Shown here piece by piece: positions 10,147 to 20,194 of a stretch of DNA of 64,000 nt; position 1 is the first letter of the stretch; every line of letters starts with the position of its first letter. This DNA is from Candidatus Bathyarchaeia archaeon (lineage in GTDB: Archaea > Thermoproteota > Bathyarchaeia > Bathyarchaeales > Bathycorpusculaceae), in the NCBI GenBank assembly GCA_049969855.1, contig JBMFOB010000003.1, positions 26,524 through 90,523 on the forward strand, written 5' to 3'. A program made the translations under genes and the position numbers. The notes under the pieces are model-generated. The model was not told the origin of the DNA. It ran no database searches and worked only from the letters and a program-made list of their open reading frames with translations.

Positions 10147-11700
10147 ATGCCGAAAGCCCAAAAAACTACAGCGGAAGAAACAAAACCAACAATAACAGTA
10201 GGGGCGGAAATAAAAAAGCCAACAATTTTCAGAGAAGTCTACCCAATAAAAGAACCTTACGTTTACGCAGCAATAGTGAAAGACCCAGAAACCCAGAAAA
10301 TTCTCTACGAAATTGTGGAACCAACCCTCCAAAAAGAAGAAGAAAAGCTGCTGAAGGAAATAAAGGCATTTTTAATGGATGAGTTAGACGTAAACCTAAA
10401 AGAAATAGAAACCAAAGAGAAAGCAGAAAAATATCTTGAAGAAAAAACAAGGGAGATAATTAAAAAATACCGAATAAAAGTTTCACAAGAAGCCATCGAC
10501 AAACTCATATACTATCTGACAAGGGACTTCATAGGCTACGGAAAAATAGACCCATTAATGAAAGACCACTTAATTGAGGACATATCAGCAGACGGCGTTA
10601 ACATACCAATTTACGTTTGGCATAGGCTTTACGAATCATTACCAACAAACATAATATTCAGAAGCGAAGCAGAGCTAAACTCATTCATAATCCGTCTGGC
10701 ATACTTGAGCGGAAAAAACATTTCCATAGCATCCCCAATTTTGGACGCATCCCTTCCAGACGGCAGCCGTGTACAACTAACTTATGGAAATGAAGTGACA
10801 AGGAGGGGGTCAACATTCACAATTCGACGCTTTAGAGTTGACCCACTAACAATCTCAGACCTTATCGCCTTCAACACAATTTCATCAGAAATGGCTGCCT
10901 TCTTGTGGTATATAATAGAAAATAGGGCTTCAGTGCTTGTTGCTGGGGGCGTAGCTTCTGGAAAGACAACCATGCTGAACTGTTTGTCAATGTTCATAAA
11001 GCCTGAAATGAAAATAGTAAGCGTAGAAGACACGCAAGAGCTGAACCTTCCCCATGAAAACTGGATACCTTCAGTCGTAAGACTGGGGTTTGGACATGAA
11101 GACAAAAAAGGCGGCACAATAACTCTATTCGACTTGTTAAAGGCTGCTGTTAGACAAAGACCAGACTACATAATCGTAGGCGAAGTCCGCGGAGAAGAAG
11201 CCTACACGCTTTTTCAAGCCATGGCAACAGGCCACTTGGGAATGAGCACAATCCACGCAGAATCAGTTGAAGCCACAATAAATCGTTTACAATCTGAACC
11301 AATGAACATTCCAAAACCGCTCATAGCCATGACCAACGTCATAATGGTTATGACCAGAACAGAAATTGAAGGAAAACCAGCAAGAAGAGCCAGCATAACA
11401 AGCGAGATTTTAGGGTTAAATTCAAAAACAAAGAGCATACTAACAGAAGACGTTTTCCGCTGGAACCAAAAAGAAGACAAGTTTGTATTTTCAGGCCACA
11501 GCAGCCTCCTTGAAAAACACATGAAGAAAATGGAAATCAGCGAAGAAGACATTAAACGAGAAATGCATCGCAGAAAAACCGTTTTAGAGTGGATGGTGAG
11601 GAAGGGCATTCGACGCCACATGGACGTTTCAAATGTTATTCGAGAATATTATGCTAACCCGAATAGGGTTTTCCAAAAAGCAAGGGTTGGGTTGAAATGA
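10147..11700 (+). CDS. Type II/IV secretion (pilus assembly) ATPase, ArlI/VirB11-like
   Basis: GGVASGKTT, VEDTQE, RQRPDYIIVGEVRGEEA, ATGH..TIHA. Confidence 0.93.
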   Translation: MPKAQKTTAEETKPTITVGAEIKKPTIFREVYPIKEPYVYAAIVKDPETQKILYEIVEPTLQKEEEKLLKEIKAFLMDELDVNLKEIETKEKAEKYLEEKTREIIKKYRIKVSQEAIDKLIYYLTRDFIGYGKIDPLMKDHLIEDISADGVNIPIYVWHRLYESLPTNIIFRSEAELNSFIIRLAYLSGKNISIASPILDASLPDGSRVQLTYGNEVTRRGSTFTIRRFRVDPLTISDLIAFNTISSEMAAFLWYIIENRASVLVAGGVASGKTTMLNCLSMFIKPEMKIVSVEDTQELNLPHENWIPSVVRLGFGHEDKKGGTITLFDLLKAAVRQRPDYIIVGEVRGEEAYTLFQAMATGHLGMSTIHAESVEATINRLQSEPMNIPKPLIAMTNVIMVMTRTEIEGKPARRASITSEILGLNSKTKSILTEDVFRWNQKEDKFVFSGHSSLLEKHMKKMEISEEDIKREMHRRKTVLEWMVRKGIRRHMDVSNVIREYYANPNRVFQKARVGLK

Positions 11701-12704
11701 AAAACACTAAGGCTTACCAAAAAATCAGACAGCTCTACAACCGTTTCAAATTAATGTTTAAACTACCATCAATAAAACTTTCGAGAACCAAACCAGAAGA
11801 GACACAACAAAAACACAAATTTGAGCTAAAAGAAACGCACACACTAGCTTACCAACTTATTGGTGGCAGAATAGGACGCTTTATGCCGCTTTTCAGAGAT
11901 TTGGACTTGAATTTGCAGAGGTCAGAGTTGAAGATTAATTTTAAGGCTTATGTTAGCCTAACAGTTTTTGTAACAATTTTAGCTTCACTCACAACATTAG
12001 CCCTTGTTCCATCCATGCTGCTTTTCTTTTTAAAAATCCCGCTTTTGCCAGCAATACTCTTCGGCTTTGGCGGAAGCTTATTCACAAGCGCCTTCTCAAT
12101 TATTGGATTTTACGCATACCCAGTCTATCGTGCAGACAAACTCAAGAGAGAGTTAGAAGACGAATTGCCCTTCACTACAGGTTATATGGCAATCCTTACA
12201 ACCGCCGGCGTTTCTCCAGAAAAAATCTTCTATTCACTTTCAAATCTCAGCGAACCATTAACAGTTTCCATAGAAGCCAAAAACATTGTTAGGGATGTGG
12301 GACTTTTCGGTTTCGACATAATCTCCGCCTTAGAAGAGGCGTCCAAGCGAACTTCTTCTGAAAGATTTCGCGAAATGCTTCAGGGGTTTATTTCAACAAT
12401 ACATTCTGGAGGAAACTTGTCCGCTTATCTTAGGGAAAAATCTAGGCAATATATGAAGCTTAAGAGGATAAGTCTTCGAAAATTTTCTGATACGTTGTCC
12501 ATTTTGTCAGAATTTTATGTTGCTTTGATTGTGACTGGTCCTTTGCTTCTCATAATCATGCTTGCAGTTATGGAGATGATGGGCGGCGGCTTTCTCGGCA
12601 TGTTAAGTCCAAATCTGCTGCTGAGTTTGCTGACTTATCTTGGAATACCATTAGGCTCCATAATGTTCCTGATTATCCTAGACGCTGTTTCGCCTAAGTG
12701 GTAA
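11697..12704 (+). CDS. Type II secretion system F / TadC-like platform protein
   Basis: LEDELPF..YMAIL..AG, DIISAL, TIHSGG; multiple TM segments. Confidence 0.9.
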   Translation: MKNTKAYQKIRQLYNRFKLMFKLPSIKLSRTKPEETQQKHKFELKETHTLAYQLIGGRIGRFMPLFRDLDLNLQRSELKINFKAYVSLTVFVTILASLTTLALVPSMLLFFLKIPLLPAILFGFGGSLFTSAFSIIGFYAYPVYRADKLKRELEDELPFTTGYMAILTTAGVSPEKIFYSLSNLSEPLTVSIEAKNIVRDVGLFGFDIISALEEASKRTSSERFREMLQGFISTIHSGGNLSAYLREKSRQYMKLKRISLRKFSDTLSILSEFYVALIVTGPLLLIIMLAVMEMMGGGFLGMLSPNLLLSLLTYLGIPLGSIMFLIILDAVSPKW

Positions 12705-12709
12705 TTGAG

Positions 12710-13525
12710 ATGCCGAAAATAGAAGAGCGTGTCAAAAAAATTGCGTGGGTTGCCTCGGTTTCAGTAGCCGTTTCCATAATCCTTTTTGCTTACATCTTGT
12801 TTGGGGGAAGCAGAGCCTTCGATGAATTCGTATTTTTTGCCGTAATAATCGCCGTTTCTCCCCCAACAATTCTAAACTACATCGACTATAAATGGAGAAA
12901 AGCAATAGATGAGCATTTGCCAGACCTTTTCAGAAGCATAGTTCAAGCACAAGAAACGGGCATGACGCTTCCCCAAGCCTTAGAGGAAGCCTCAAAAAGA
13001 AATTATGGACCCCTCACGGCAGAACTGAGAAAAATGAACACCCAAATTTCTTGGGGAATGACCTTTGAAGAGGCACTGGTGGCTTTGGGAAAACGTGTCA
13101 ACACAATTCTTGTTCAGAGAACTGTGCCATTAATAATCGAGGCAAGCCGTTCTGGAGGACACGCGGAAAAAGTTTTTGATCCAACTGGAAAGTTCATTCA
13201 AACAACGCTTTTGCTGGATAAGGAAAGAAGAAATCAAACGAGACCGTATATTGCAATAATTTATGTGGCATTTTTCGTGTTCATATTCACAATAATACTG
13301 CTTTTCAGGTCGTTTTTCCTAAGCATAGAAGGTTTACCAACCCTTGGGGCAGCAGTAACATCTCCAGAGGAAATGCAGCGAATGTTTTTCCATTTAGCCG
13401 CAATCCAAGCCTTTTTCGGCGGGTTGGTTGCTGGAAAAATGGGAGAGGGAACCATAAACGCTGGTTTAAAACACAGCATAATTATGATGTTGTGCGGCTA
13501 CATAGCCCTAAAACTTTTCTTGTAG
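12710..13525 (+). CDS. Second T2SS-F / TadC-like platform protein
   Basis: IDEHLPDLFR...ETGMTL..AL, ISWG, EASRSGG, GLVAGKMGEG...GLKH. Confidence 0.9.
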   Translation: MPKIEERVKKIAWVASVSVAVSIILFAYILFGGSRAFDEFVFFAVIIAVSPPTILNYIDYKWRKAIDEHLPDLFRSIVQAQETGMTLPQALEEASKRNYGPLTAELRKMNTQISWGMTFEEALVALGKRVNTILVQRTVPLIIEASRSGGHAEKVFDPTGKFIQTTLLLDKERRNQTRPYIAIIYVAFFVFIFTIILLFRSFFLSIEGLPTLGAAVTSPEEMQRMFFHLAAIQAFFGGLVAGKMGEGTINAGLKHSIIMMLCGYIALKLFL

Positions 13526-13535
13526 GTGAAGGAAA

Positions 13536-13952
13536 ATGAGTAAAAAGTTTAAAAGATTTTTGTCGGATTCACGGGCTATAACTCCAGTTTTAAGCAACCT
13601 TTTGCTTACGATTGTGGCTGTAGGCGCCATGGCAATTGCGACAACGGCAACATATGTCATAACAACTAACATGCGGGAAATAATGAGCGAACGCCTCATC
13701 ATTGAGGATTTATGGTTTAACAATTCCACTGGCAACATTCAAGTTTATCTTCGCAACGTAGGAAAAGTTGCCATTCACATCTCCGCCGTTTACATCAACC
13801 ACACTTCTCAATCTTTCTCATCTTTCAGTTTAGAAATAGGCGAACATGGGTGGCTTAACATATCCTATACTTGGGATTCTGGCAGCCTATACTACATAGA
13901 TATTGTAACAACAAGGGGAACGCACGTTGCAGAATACTATAAGGCTCCTTAA
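13536..13952 (+). CDS. Archaeal type IV pilin (class III signal peptide)
   Basis: Basic leader then SRA|ITPVLSNLLLTIVAV; VYLRNVG and IVTTRG pilin motifs. Confidence 0.85.
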   Translation: MSKKFKRFLSDSRAITPVLSNLLLTIVAVGAMAIATTATYVITTNMREIMSERLIIEDLWFNNSTGNIQVYLRNVGKVAIHISAVYINHTSQSFSSFSLEIGEHGWLNISYTWDSGSLYYIDIVTTRGTHVAEYYKAP

Positions 13953-15741
13953 AAAATTCAGACAAGCAAAAAAGGGCATAAGCAACGTAATAGTTGTAAT
14001 GCTAAGCCTAATCCTAATAGTGCTTATAGTTTCAAACGTGGTTTTATGGAGCTACCAAATGAACCAGTTTGACCTAGAAAGAATGCAGGAAAACATAAAA
14101 ATTGCCAATGTTACAAGAGTTACACGCTCCTCATGGTTTACTGCGCAAAACGAATTTTCAACCAGCGTAGGTATCAAATTAAGCGGCAATTACGCAGATA
14201 CAAATTTTATTGATGATTTTCATGAAACTTTCAGAGAGGAACTTCCATCAATTTCATATAATCCTCTAGACTATACTCTATGGAATTCCACAACCCTCGT
14301 TTCCGGCTCACCAGCTGACCTGCAAACCGATGACGGCGTTTACATGCAGTTTCGCAGTTATCCTTCTACATTTTCTGATACTACTGAAACCTTTGGAAAC
14401 ACAGTAGCTGGAGGAAGTTATCGCAATACAGAAGGCACTATTGTCGGTTCAGTTTTTACACCTGCAAAGGATGGCGAAGCGCAAAGCATCACCGCATATA
14501 TCCGCATGACAAGCAGTTCCAAAAATATGAAATGTGCCATTTACTTACACAGCGACCTAAGTTTAGTAGCGCAAACAGAAGAGAAAAACGTGCCAACAGG
14601 GACAGCGTGGGTTACATTTAATTTTCCCACGCCTAAACCTATACTTAAAGCAAACACGGAATATTTGCTTGTAGCATGGTCTTCTTCTGGAAACGGTTAT
14701 GCTTATCTCGCATATACTTCAGGAGCATCAAACCAAGGACATTATGTTAGTTCAGCCTATGGAGCAAACTTTCCAAACCCAATGCCAAATCCAATTCATG
14801 AATCGAGAGCGTATAGCATTTACTGCACATTTAAACCAGCAACCGAGGAAAAAGTTGAAGTAGAATTCACTGGAACATCAAACACTGGATCTTGGATAAA
14901 CTTGACATGGATGGTTAACGGCTATTTTACGACAGACGGAGTAACCGCAATAGCTCAACTTTACAATTACCATGAAGACGCGTACCCAACAAGCGGAGAT
15001 GGATACATGACAAATATCAACAACAGCCAGACAATAACAAGCAACGCAACACACTTCAGAGATGCAGATGGAAACTGGAAAATGAAGATTAAAGGAGTTA
15101 AAGCTGCCGCTACACAGTTTGAACTTAATGTTGACTGGATTGAGTTTAAAGTAACAATGTCAGACATTTACAGACTATGTATCAGCAATAATTTCACAAT
15201 AGACACATCAACTTACCCGTTGAACTATATCCATGGCATTGAAATATTCATTAGATATAAAGTCACGGAGGCTGCTGAAAAATGGTTCTTAAGTGCATAC
15301 AACTGGACAGAACTAAACTTTAGCAATGTAGGATTTAATACCACGGAAGGAAATCAACCAATACTTGACGAATGGAACGAATATGCCGTTAACATAACAG
15401 AGAACTGGAGGAGCTACGTAAAAGATGATGGCACTTTGCTCATAGAATTTGTTGACGAAGGATTAAACACAAACCAGACAACCGTCGAAATAGACTTTTT
15501 CGGAACAAGAACAATAATTGACGGCGCATGTTTCGATTTAAGGAACAATGGCTCAACAACAACCCATGTTGTCTCAATATGGATAATCAACGCGACAAAT
15601 CATCAACGGTACAACGCTAACTTATTCATAAACGCTGGAGAAAACGCAGTTTACATTCGTGCTGACATTAGCTTGCCAGAAGAGTTTATAGCGAAAGTTG
15701 TTACAGAACGAGGCAACATGGCTGTTTTTTCAGAAAGTTGA
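13927..15741 (+). CDS. Large pilin/adhesin with class III signal peptide and inserted beta-sandwich domains
   Basis: KKG|ISNVIVVMLSLILIV; C-terminal LRNNG...VVTERGN matches the small pilin; many N-x-S/T sequons. Confidence 0.8.
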   Translation: MQNTIRLLKKFRQAKKGISNVIVVMLSLILIVLIVSNVVLWSYQMNQFDLERMQENIKIANVTRVTRSSWFTAQNEFSTSVGIKLSGNYADTNFIDDFHETFREELPSISYNPLDYTLWNSTTLVSGSPADLQTDDGVYMQFRSYPSTFSDTTETFGNTVAGGSYRNTEGTIVGSVFTPAKDGEAQSITAYIRMTSSSKNMKCAIYLHSDLSLVAQTEEKNVPTGTAWVTFNFPTPKPILKANTEYLLVAWSSSGNGYAYLAYTSGASNQGHYVSSAYGANFPNPMPNPIHESRAYSIYCTFKPATEEKVEVEFTGTSNTGSWINLTWMVNGYFTTDGVTAIAQLYNYHEDAYPTSGDGYMTNINNSQTITSNATHFRDADGNWKMKIKGVKAAATQFELNVDWIEFKVTMSDIYRLCISNNFTIDTSTYPLNYIHGIEIFIRYKVTEAAEKWFLSAYNWTELNFSNVGFNTTEGNQPILDEWNEYAVNITENWRSYVKDDGTLLIEFVDEGLNTNQTTVEIDFFGTRTIIDGACFDLRNNGSTTTHVVSIWIINATNHQRYNANLFINAGENAVYIRADISLPEEFIAKVVTERGNMAVFSES

Positions 15742-15744
15742 ATT

Positions 15745-16722
15745 TTAAAGCATTTTTTCTTTTAAGGCTTTTATTGCTTCTTTTTGGTTTTTCGCTTCAA
15801 TCACTTTGATGTTGTATAGTTCTGCCATCTTCTTTCCGTTTTCGCTTACTTTTGGAATTGCGATTAAATATGCGCTTTCTGGGGCAACATCGAAAACTTT
15901 GGCAAAAAGTGCGATTATTGGTTGTTCTGAAACGGCGTTTTCGGTGGATGTGGCTATGTCAATTACCGTTATTTTGTTGGCGGTATCCTTCAAATAGGCT
16001 GCGATGTCAAACATGTGGTTTGCTCCAGATTTGCCCTTCACAAAAGCTGGAGTTTCAACTTCGAACCCATTTTCGACGAGGAACTCTCTTATTGGCGAAA
16101 TTATAACCCAGCCTAAAGCCGCCTCTTCCTTCACCTCTTCGTTTAGGCTGTAGGCGTAAACGTCTTTAATCACGGCTTCTTCAAAAGTGAAGCTTCTGTG
16201 GCAGTCTCTGCAGAAATGGGCAGTTAAGGGAATGTCAAAGCTTTTGCTGCAGTCTCTGCAAGTGCACCATGTTCCAGCCTTCCTATAATCAACATCAAGC
16301 TTCTTTAATTCTTCATGGCATTTTGGACAGACAAGCTTGTTGCCTTTTTTGAAGTTTTCCTCAACATCCATGTAACCGCATTTGACATGCTCAATCAAGG
16401 CGCTTCTTTGAATATCGAAGGATTTGCAGTATGGACAACGATAATGGATGGAAATGTTTGCGGAGCCACACTTCGGACAGTAAATCACTTTATCGTAAAG
16501 CCTTCTCTTGAGTATACCAGCATCAAAAAGCCTATTCAAGAAAGGCTCAACCTCAGAAGCATCACCAAGAATTGTCTCCACCATGGGATAACGATAACCA
16601 AGTTTCGGGTCATAAACAGGCTCAAGCTCACTTATTTCGCCACTTAAAAATTTACTTAGGAAAGCTTGCGTATTACGCTCTCTGTAAAGTTCCATCCTTT
16701 CAATCTTATTTGGCTTCAGCAT
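15745..16722 (-). CDS. TackOD1-like multi-Zn-ribbon protein with C-terminal restriction-endonuclease-like domain
   Basis: CPKC, CPYC, IEHVKCG, CPKC, CRDC, CRDC; C-terminal GKSGANHMFDIAA. Confidence 0.7.
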   Translation of the reverse strand: MLKPNKIERMELYRERNTQAFLSKFLSGEISELEPVYDPKLGYRYPMVETILGDASEVEPFLNRLFDAGILKRRLYDKVIYCPKCGSANISIHYRCPYCKSFDIQRSALIEHVKCGYMDVEENFKKGNKLVCPKCHEELKKLDVDYRKAGTWCTCRDCSKSFDIPLTAHFCRDCHRSFTFEEAVIKDVYAYSLNEEVKEEAALGWVIISPIREFLVENGFEVETPAFVKGKSGANHMFDIAAYLKDTANKITVIDIATSTENAVSEQPIIALFAKVFDVAPESAYLIAIPKVSENGKKMAELYNIKVIEAKNQKEAIKALKEKML

Positions 16723-16886
16723 CCTATTCCCAGACTATTCGTTTCTCCGCAAACACATTCATATAAACGCTTGAACATAATATTATAGCTTCAAGTATTG
16801 TTAAAATTTTCGAATAAAAACGCAGAATTTTTCAAGAAAGGTTTTTAAAATTCCATCGACTGGTTGATTATGAAAAGTGACACATA

Positions 16887-17054
16887 ATGAAAATAAAAAC
16901 ACAGTCAAAATCTATGGTGAAATGCCCAAAATGCGGTTTCACATTCGACATAACATACGGCAGAGCCTTCGCCTGTTCTGGATGCCCCTCCTCTGTGCAA
17001 TGTGGAATGGCTAAATGTCCCAAATGTGGACATGAATTTCCCTTGTCACAATGA
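16887..17054 (+). CDS. Small Cys-rich Zn-finger protein (55 aa; alternative start 16914)
   Basis: MKIKTQSKSMVKCPKCGFTFDITYGRAFACSGCPSSVQCGMAKCPKCGHEFPLSQ*; two CPxCG motifs. Confidence 0.8.
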   Translation: MKIKTQSKSMVKCPKCGFTFDITYGRAFACSGCPSSVQCGMAKCPKCGHEFPLSQ

Positions 17055-17151
17055 TGAAAGCGAGAATGTATTGTAATTTTCAGCAGCACGTTTTTTAATA
17101 GGAACTTTCATATTTCAAACACTCATAAAATGAAAGACGCAAAGCTTAACG

Positions 17152-17976
17152 GTGAAGCAATTGTCAGCTAAGAATACTCCTAAACGTTTAATGATTCGAT
17201 GGACAACATTAAAGGGGCTAACCGCAATAATTCTATTCTTAATAATAGCAGCCTTAATCGAATACGTTATTGTCCTTTACGCCATAAAACTCGGAGTTAA
17301 TGAAGCCCCCTTACAATTTAGCCTCCAAATTCCAGGAACAGACTGGATAATAACAACAGCCATCAGTCCACTATTCCACCTAGTTCCAATAGCAGTTATA
17401 ATCGCCTTAGCATCCAGTTGGGCATACCTAACGAGACATATTACTATAAAACCTCGTGAAACTACGAAGGGAAAAGCTCAACCCGCTAAACGAAAGAAAG
17501 AGGGAAAAGTTTTCGGTAAAATTAAGAGCGGGTTATTACGCATTAAAAGTGTTGCATACGTATGGCAAAAAATACATTTTGCAAGAGCAACCATAAAAAG
17601 CGCCTTGACAGTACTCCTAATTTTTTCAGCATTCGCTTTCATGATTTCCCTTCTAGCCTATCCACAACTGATTTACAGAACAATATCAAACGCCTACCAA
17701 AACAATCCTTCACTACTTGGCTTTGTGAAGAACACTGCAGAAGCATTAGCGCCCGTTGGCGCAGTTTTTTCGGGCATAAACAGCGCCTTATTGTCTGCAG
17801 CACCAACATTCAGAGACTTCGTTCTAAACATTGGAATAGTAATTAAGCCCTTAGTGGATTCAGACAATGTTGGAAAATATTTGGTTTTTCAAAACGCTGC
17901 AGCTTGGATTTGCGCCATAGCCGTCTTAATTTATGGGGAGTACACTCGAAAAGGTTATCGGTACAAGAAGAAATAA
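17152..17976 (+). CDS. Hypothetical multi-pass membrane protein
   Basis: About 4 hydrophobic segments with a Lys-rich loop. Confidence 0.75.
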   Translation: MKQLSAKNTPKRLMIRWTTLKGLTAIILFLIIAALIEYVIVLYAIKLGVNEAPLQFSLQIPGTDWIITTAISPLFHLVPIAVIIALASSWAYLTRHITIKPRETTKGKAQPAKRKKEGKVFGKIKSGLLRIKSVAYVWQKIHFARATIKSALTVLLIFSAFAFMISLLAYPQLIYRTISNAYQNNPSLLGFVKNTAEALAPVGAVFSGINSALLSAAPTFRDFVLNIGIVIKPLVDSDNVGKYLVFQNAAAWICAIAVLIYGEYTRKGYRYKKK

Positions 17977-17994
17977 AGTTTATAGGGCTTTTAA

Positions 17995-18861
17995 ATGGCT
18001 GACCGTCCAAGATTTGGTCCAGCTGGAGTTCCTCCCACATTTAGAATGATGAAAGCAGCCTTGTCGGATGTTCCCAGACTTTTGCGAGAGGAGGGACTTG
18101 ACGCTTTTGAGTATCAAGCTGTTCGTTGGGGCGCAAAACCCCAGATTAAGAGGGAAGAAGCTGAAAAACTTGGTTCAGAAGCAAAAGAAAAAGATGTTTG
18201 GCTAAGTTTGCACGGCTCCTATTTCATAAACTTCTGCGGCGAAAAAGACGTTATAGAGGCAAGCAGACAACGCCTAATCGCATGCGCAACAGCAGCCGAA
18301 TGGATGAACGCACATATTGTGGTTTTTCATCCTGGATTCTACGGTAAAAAACCTCAGAAAGAAGTTTTTAGAAACTGTTTGGCAGCAATAAAAGAAACTG
18401 TTGAATCATTAAAAAATTTGGGAATAGAAAATGTTAAAATTGGACCTGAAACCATGGGCAAACCTTCGCAGTTTGGAAGCCTAGATGAAGTTTTAAGCCT
18501 ATGCGAGGAAGTTGAACAAACCCAGCCGGTGATTGATTGGGCACATTTGCATGCGAGAGATAAGGGACGCTTCAAAACTATAGATGATTTCCGCAAGGTT
18601 GTGGATGAAATTGAAAAGCGTCTTGGAACAGAAGCTATCAAAAACATGCATTGCCACTTTACAAAAGTTGAATACACAGACAAGGGCGAAAAATGCCATC
18701 ACGTAATGGACGAAGCGGATTATGGACCAGACTTCACCATGCTTGCAAAAGTAATAGCCGAATACAAACTGAACCCAGTTATTATAAGCGAAAGCCCAAT
18801 TCTAGACTTGGACGCTGTTAAAATGCGTGATATTCTTCAAAACGCGCTTAGAAACGCTTAG
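17995..18861 (+). CDS. nfo: Endonuclease IV (AP endonuclease 2, TIM barrel)
   Basis: FGPAG, SLHGSYFIN, VFHPG, PETMGK..QFG, IDWAHLHAR, HCHF, ISESP. Confidence 0.9.
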   Translation: MADRPRFGPAGVPPTFRMMKAALSDVPRLLREEGLDAFEYQAVRWGAKPQIKREEAEKLGSEAKEKDVWLSLHGSYFINFCGEKDVIEASRQRLIACATAAEWMNAHIVVFHPGFYGKKPQKEVFRNCLAAIKETVESLKNLGIENVKIGPETMGKPSQFGSLDEVLSLCEEVEQTQPVIDWAHLHARDKGRFKTIDDFRKVVDEIEKRLGTEAIKNMHCHFTKVEYTDKGEKCHHVMDEADYGPDFTMLAKVIAEYKLNPVIISESPILDLDAVKMRDILQNALRNA

Positions 18862-18922
18862 TCTCATTTGTAGATAAGGCTTCTAACAAATTTGATGCGA
18901 TACATTTTTTATATCCTCTGCG

Positions 18923-20194
18923 GTGCTGTCTATGGGTGCCTTTTTGGTACGGTTGAAGGGATTCCAAAAACTTACAACCATAGAAGAAGCACTGCAACTA
19001 TTTTTTAAAAATTTGAGAATTGAAAATCCGAAAACGGCTGTTGTCCAAGTGCACGAGGCTTTAAACCGTGTTATCGCTGAAAATGTAATTGCAAAGGAAG
19101 ATTTGCCAAGATTTGACCGCTCAGCCGTTGACGGATACGCAGTAAAAGCCGAGGACACCGTTGAAGCCTCACAGTTTAAGCCGAAAATCTTGCAAATAAC
19201 CGCTAAAAATGAGATAGAGAATGGACAAGCAAGACAAGTGTGGACTGGAACCCCAATTCCAAAAGGCGCAAACGCTGTCGTCATGCTGGAGAACACTAAA
19301 AGAATTGACGAAAAAATCGAAGTTTGGATTTCTGTAACGCCCGGCGAAAACGTCTCTAAGAAAGGCGAGGATGTTGCAAGGGGCGAAGTGGCATTAAAAG
19401 CTGGAACGCGCTTAAAACCTCAACATTTGGGCTTGCTGGCTGCGTTGGGAGTTGCTGAAGTTAATGTTTTTGAAAAACCAAAAATCGCAATTTTAGCCAC
19501 CGGAAACGAACTTGTGGAAAGAAGCGAGAAACCGAAAGAAGACCAAATTTTCGAGGTTAACAAGCTTGTTCTCTCCAGCCTATGCCATGAATTGGGCGCT
19601 GAACCTATAGATTTAGGCATTGCAAAAGACGATGCAGATGAAATATTTAAGAAAATAAAAACTGGACTGGAAAAAGCTGACGCTGTAATAACTACTGGTG
19701 GAACAAGCGTTGGAGCCTCCGACTTGATTCCAGAAACTGTCAACAGAATTGGAAAGCCAGGCGTTATTGTGCATGGAGTGGCTATGCGTCCAGCCATGCC
19801 CACAGCCCTTGCAATAGTGAGTGGAAAACCAATAATCATCCTTTCAGGCAATCCTGTTGCTGCAATGATTGGTTTTGAAGTTTTCATCAGACCATTAATA
19901 TGTAGAATGCTTGGACTAAAACGAGAAGAACAAAGACCACTTGTAAAGGCGAAAATGACTAGACGAATCAGCACGTCTCTTGGAAGGAAAACCTTTGTGC
20001 GAGTCCATGTTTTTCAGCGTAACGGCGAATTTTTCGCGGAGCCCATAAGCGCTCGTGGTTCAGGAATAATTTCAACCATGACTAAGGCTAATGGGTACGT
20101 TATTGTTCCAGAAAATAGGGAGGGCTTAGAAGAGGGAGAAACCGTTTCAGTGCACCTATTCGATTACGTTGACTTGGTGGATGAGAATGTTTAG
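18923..20194 (+). CDS. moeA: Molybdopterin molybdotransferase MoeA
   Basis: PRFDRSAVDGYAV, TGTPIPKGA, TGNEL, TGGTSVG, GNPVAA. Confidence 0.93.
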   Translation: MLSMGAFLVRLKGFQKLTTIEEALQLFFKNLRIENPKTAVVQVHEALNRVIAENVIAKEDLPRFDRSAVDGYAVKAEDTVEASQFKPKILQITAKNEIENGQARQVWTGTPIPKGANAVVMLENTKRIDEKIEVWISVTPGENVSKKGEDVARGEVALKAGTRLKPQHLGLLAALGVAEVNVFEKPKIAILATGNELVERSEKPKEDQIFEVNKLVLSSLCHELGAEPIDLGIAKDDADEIFKKIKTGLEKADAVITTGGTSVGASDLIPETVNRIGKPGVIVHGVAMRPAMPTALAIVSGKPIIILSGNPVAAMIGFEVFIRPLICRMLGLKREEQRPLVKAKMTRRISTSLGRKTFVRVHVFQRNGEFFAEPISARGSGIISTMTKANGYVIVPENREGLEEGETVSVHLFDYVDLVDENV

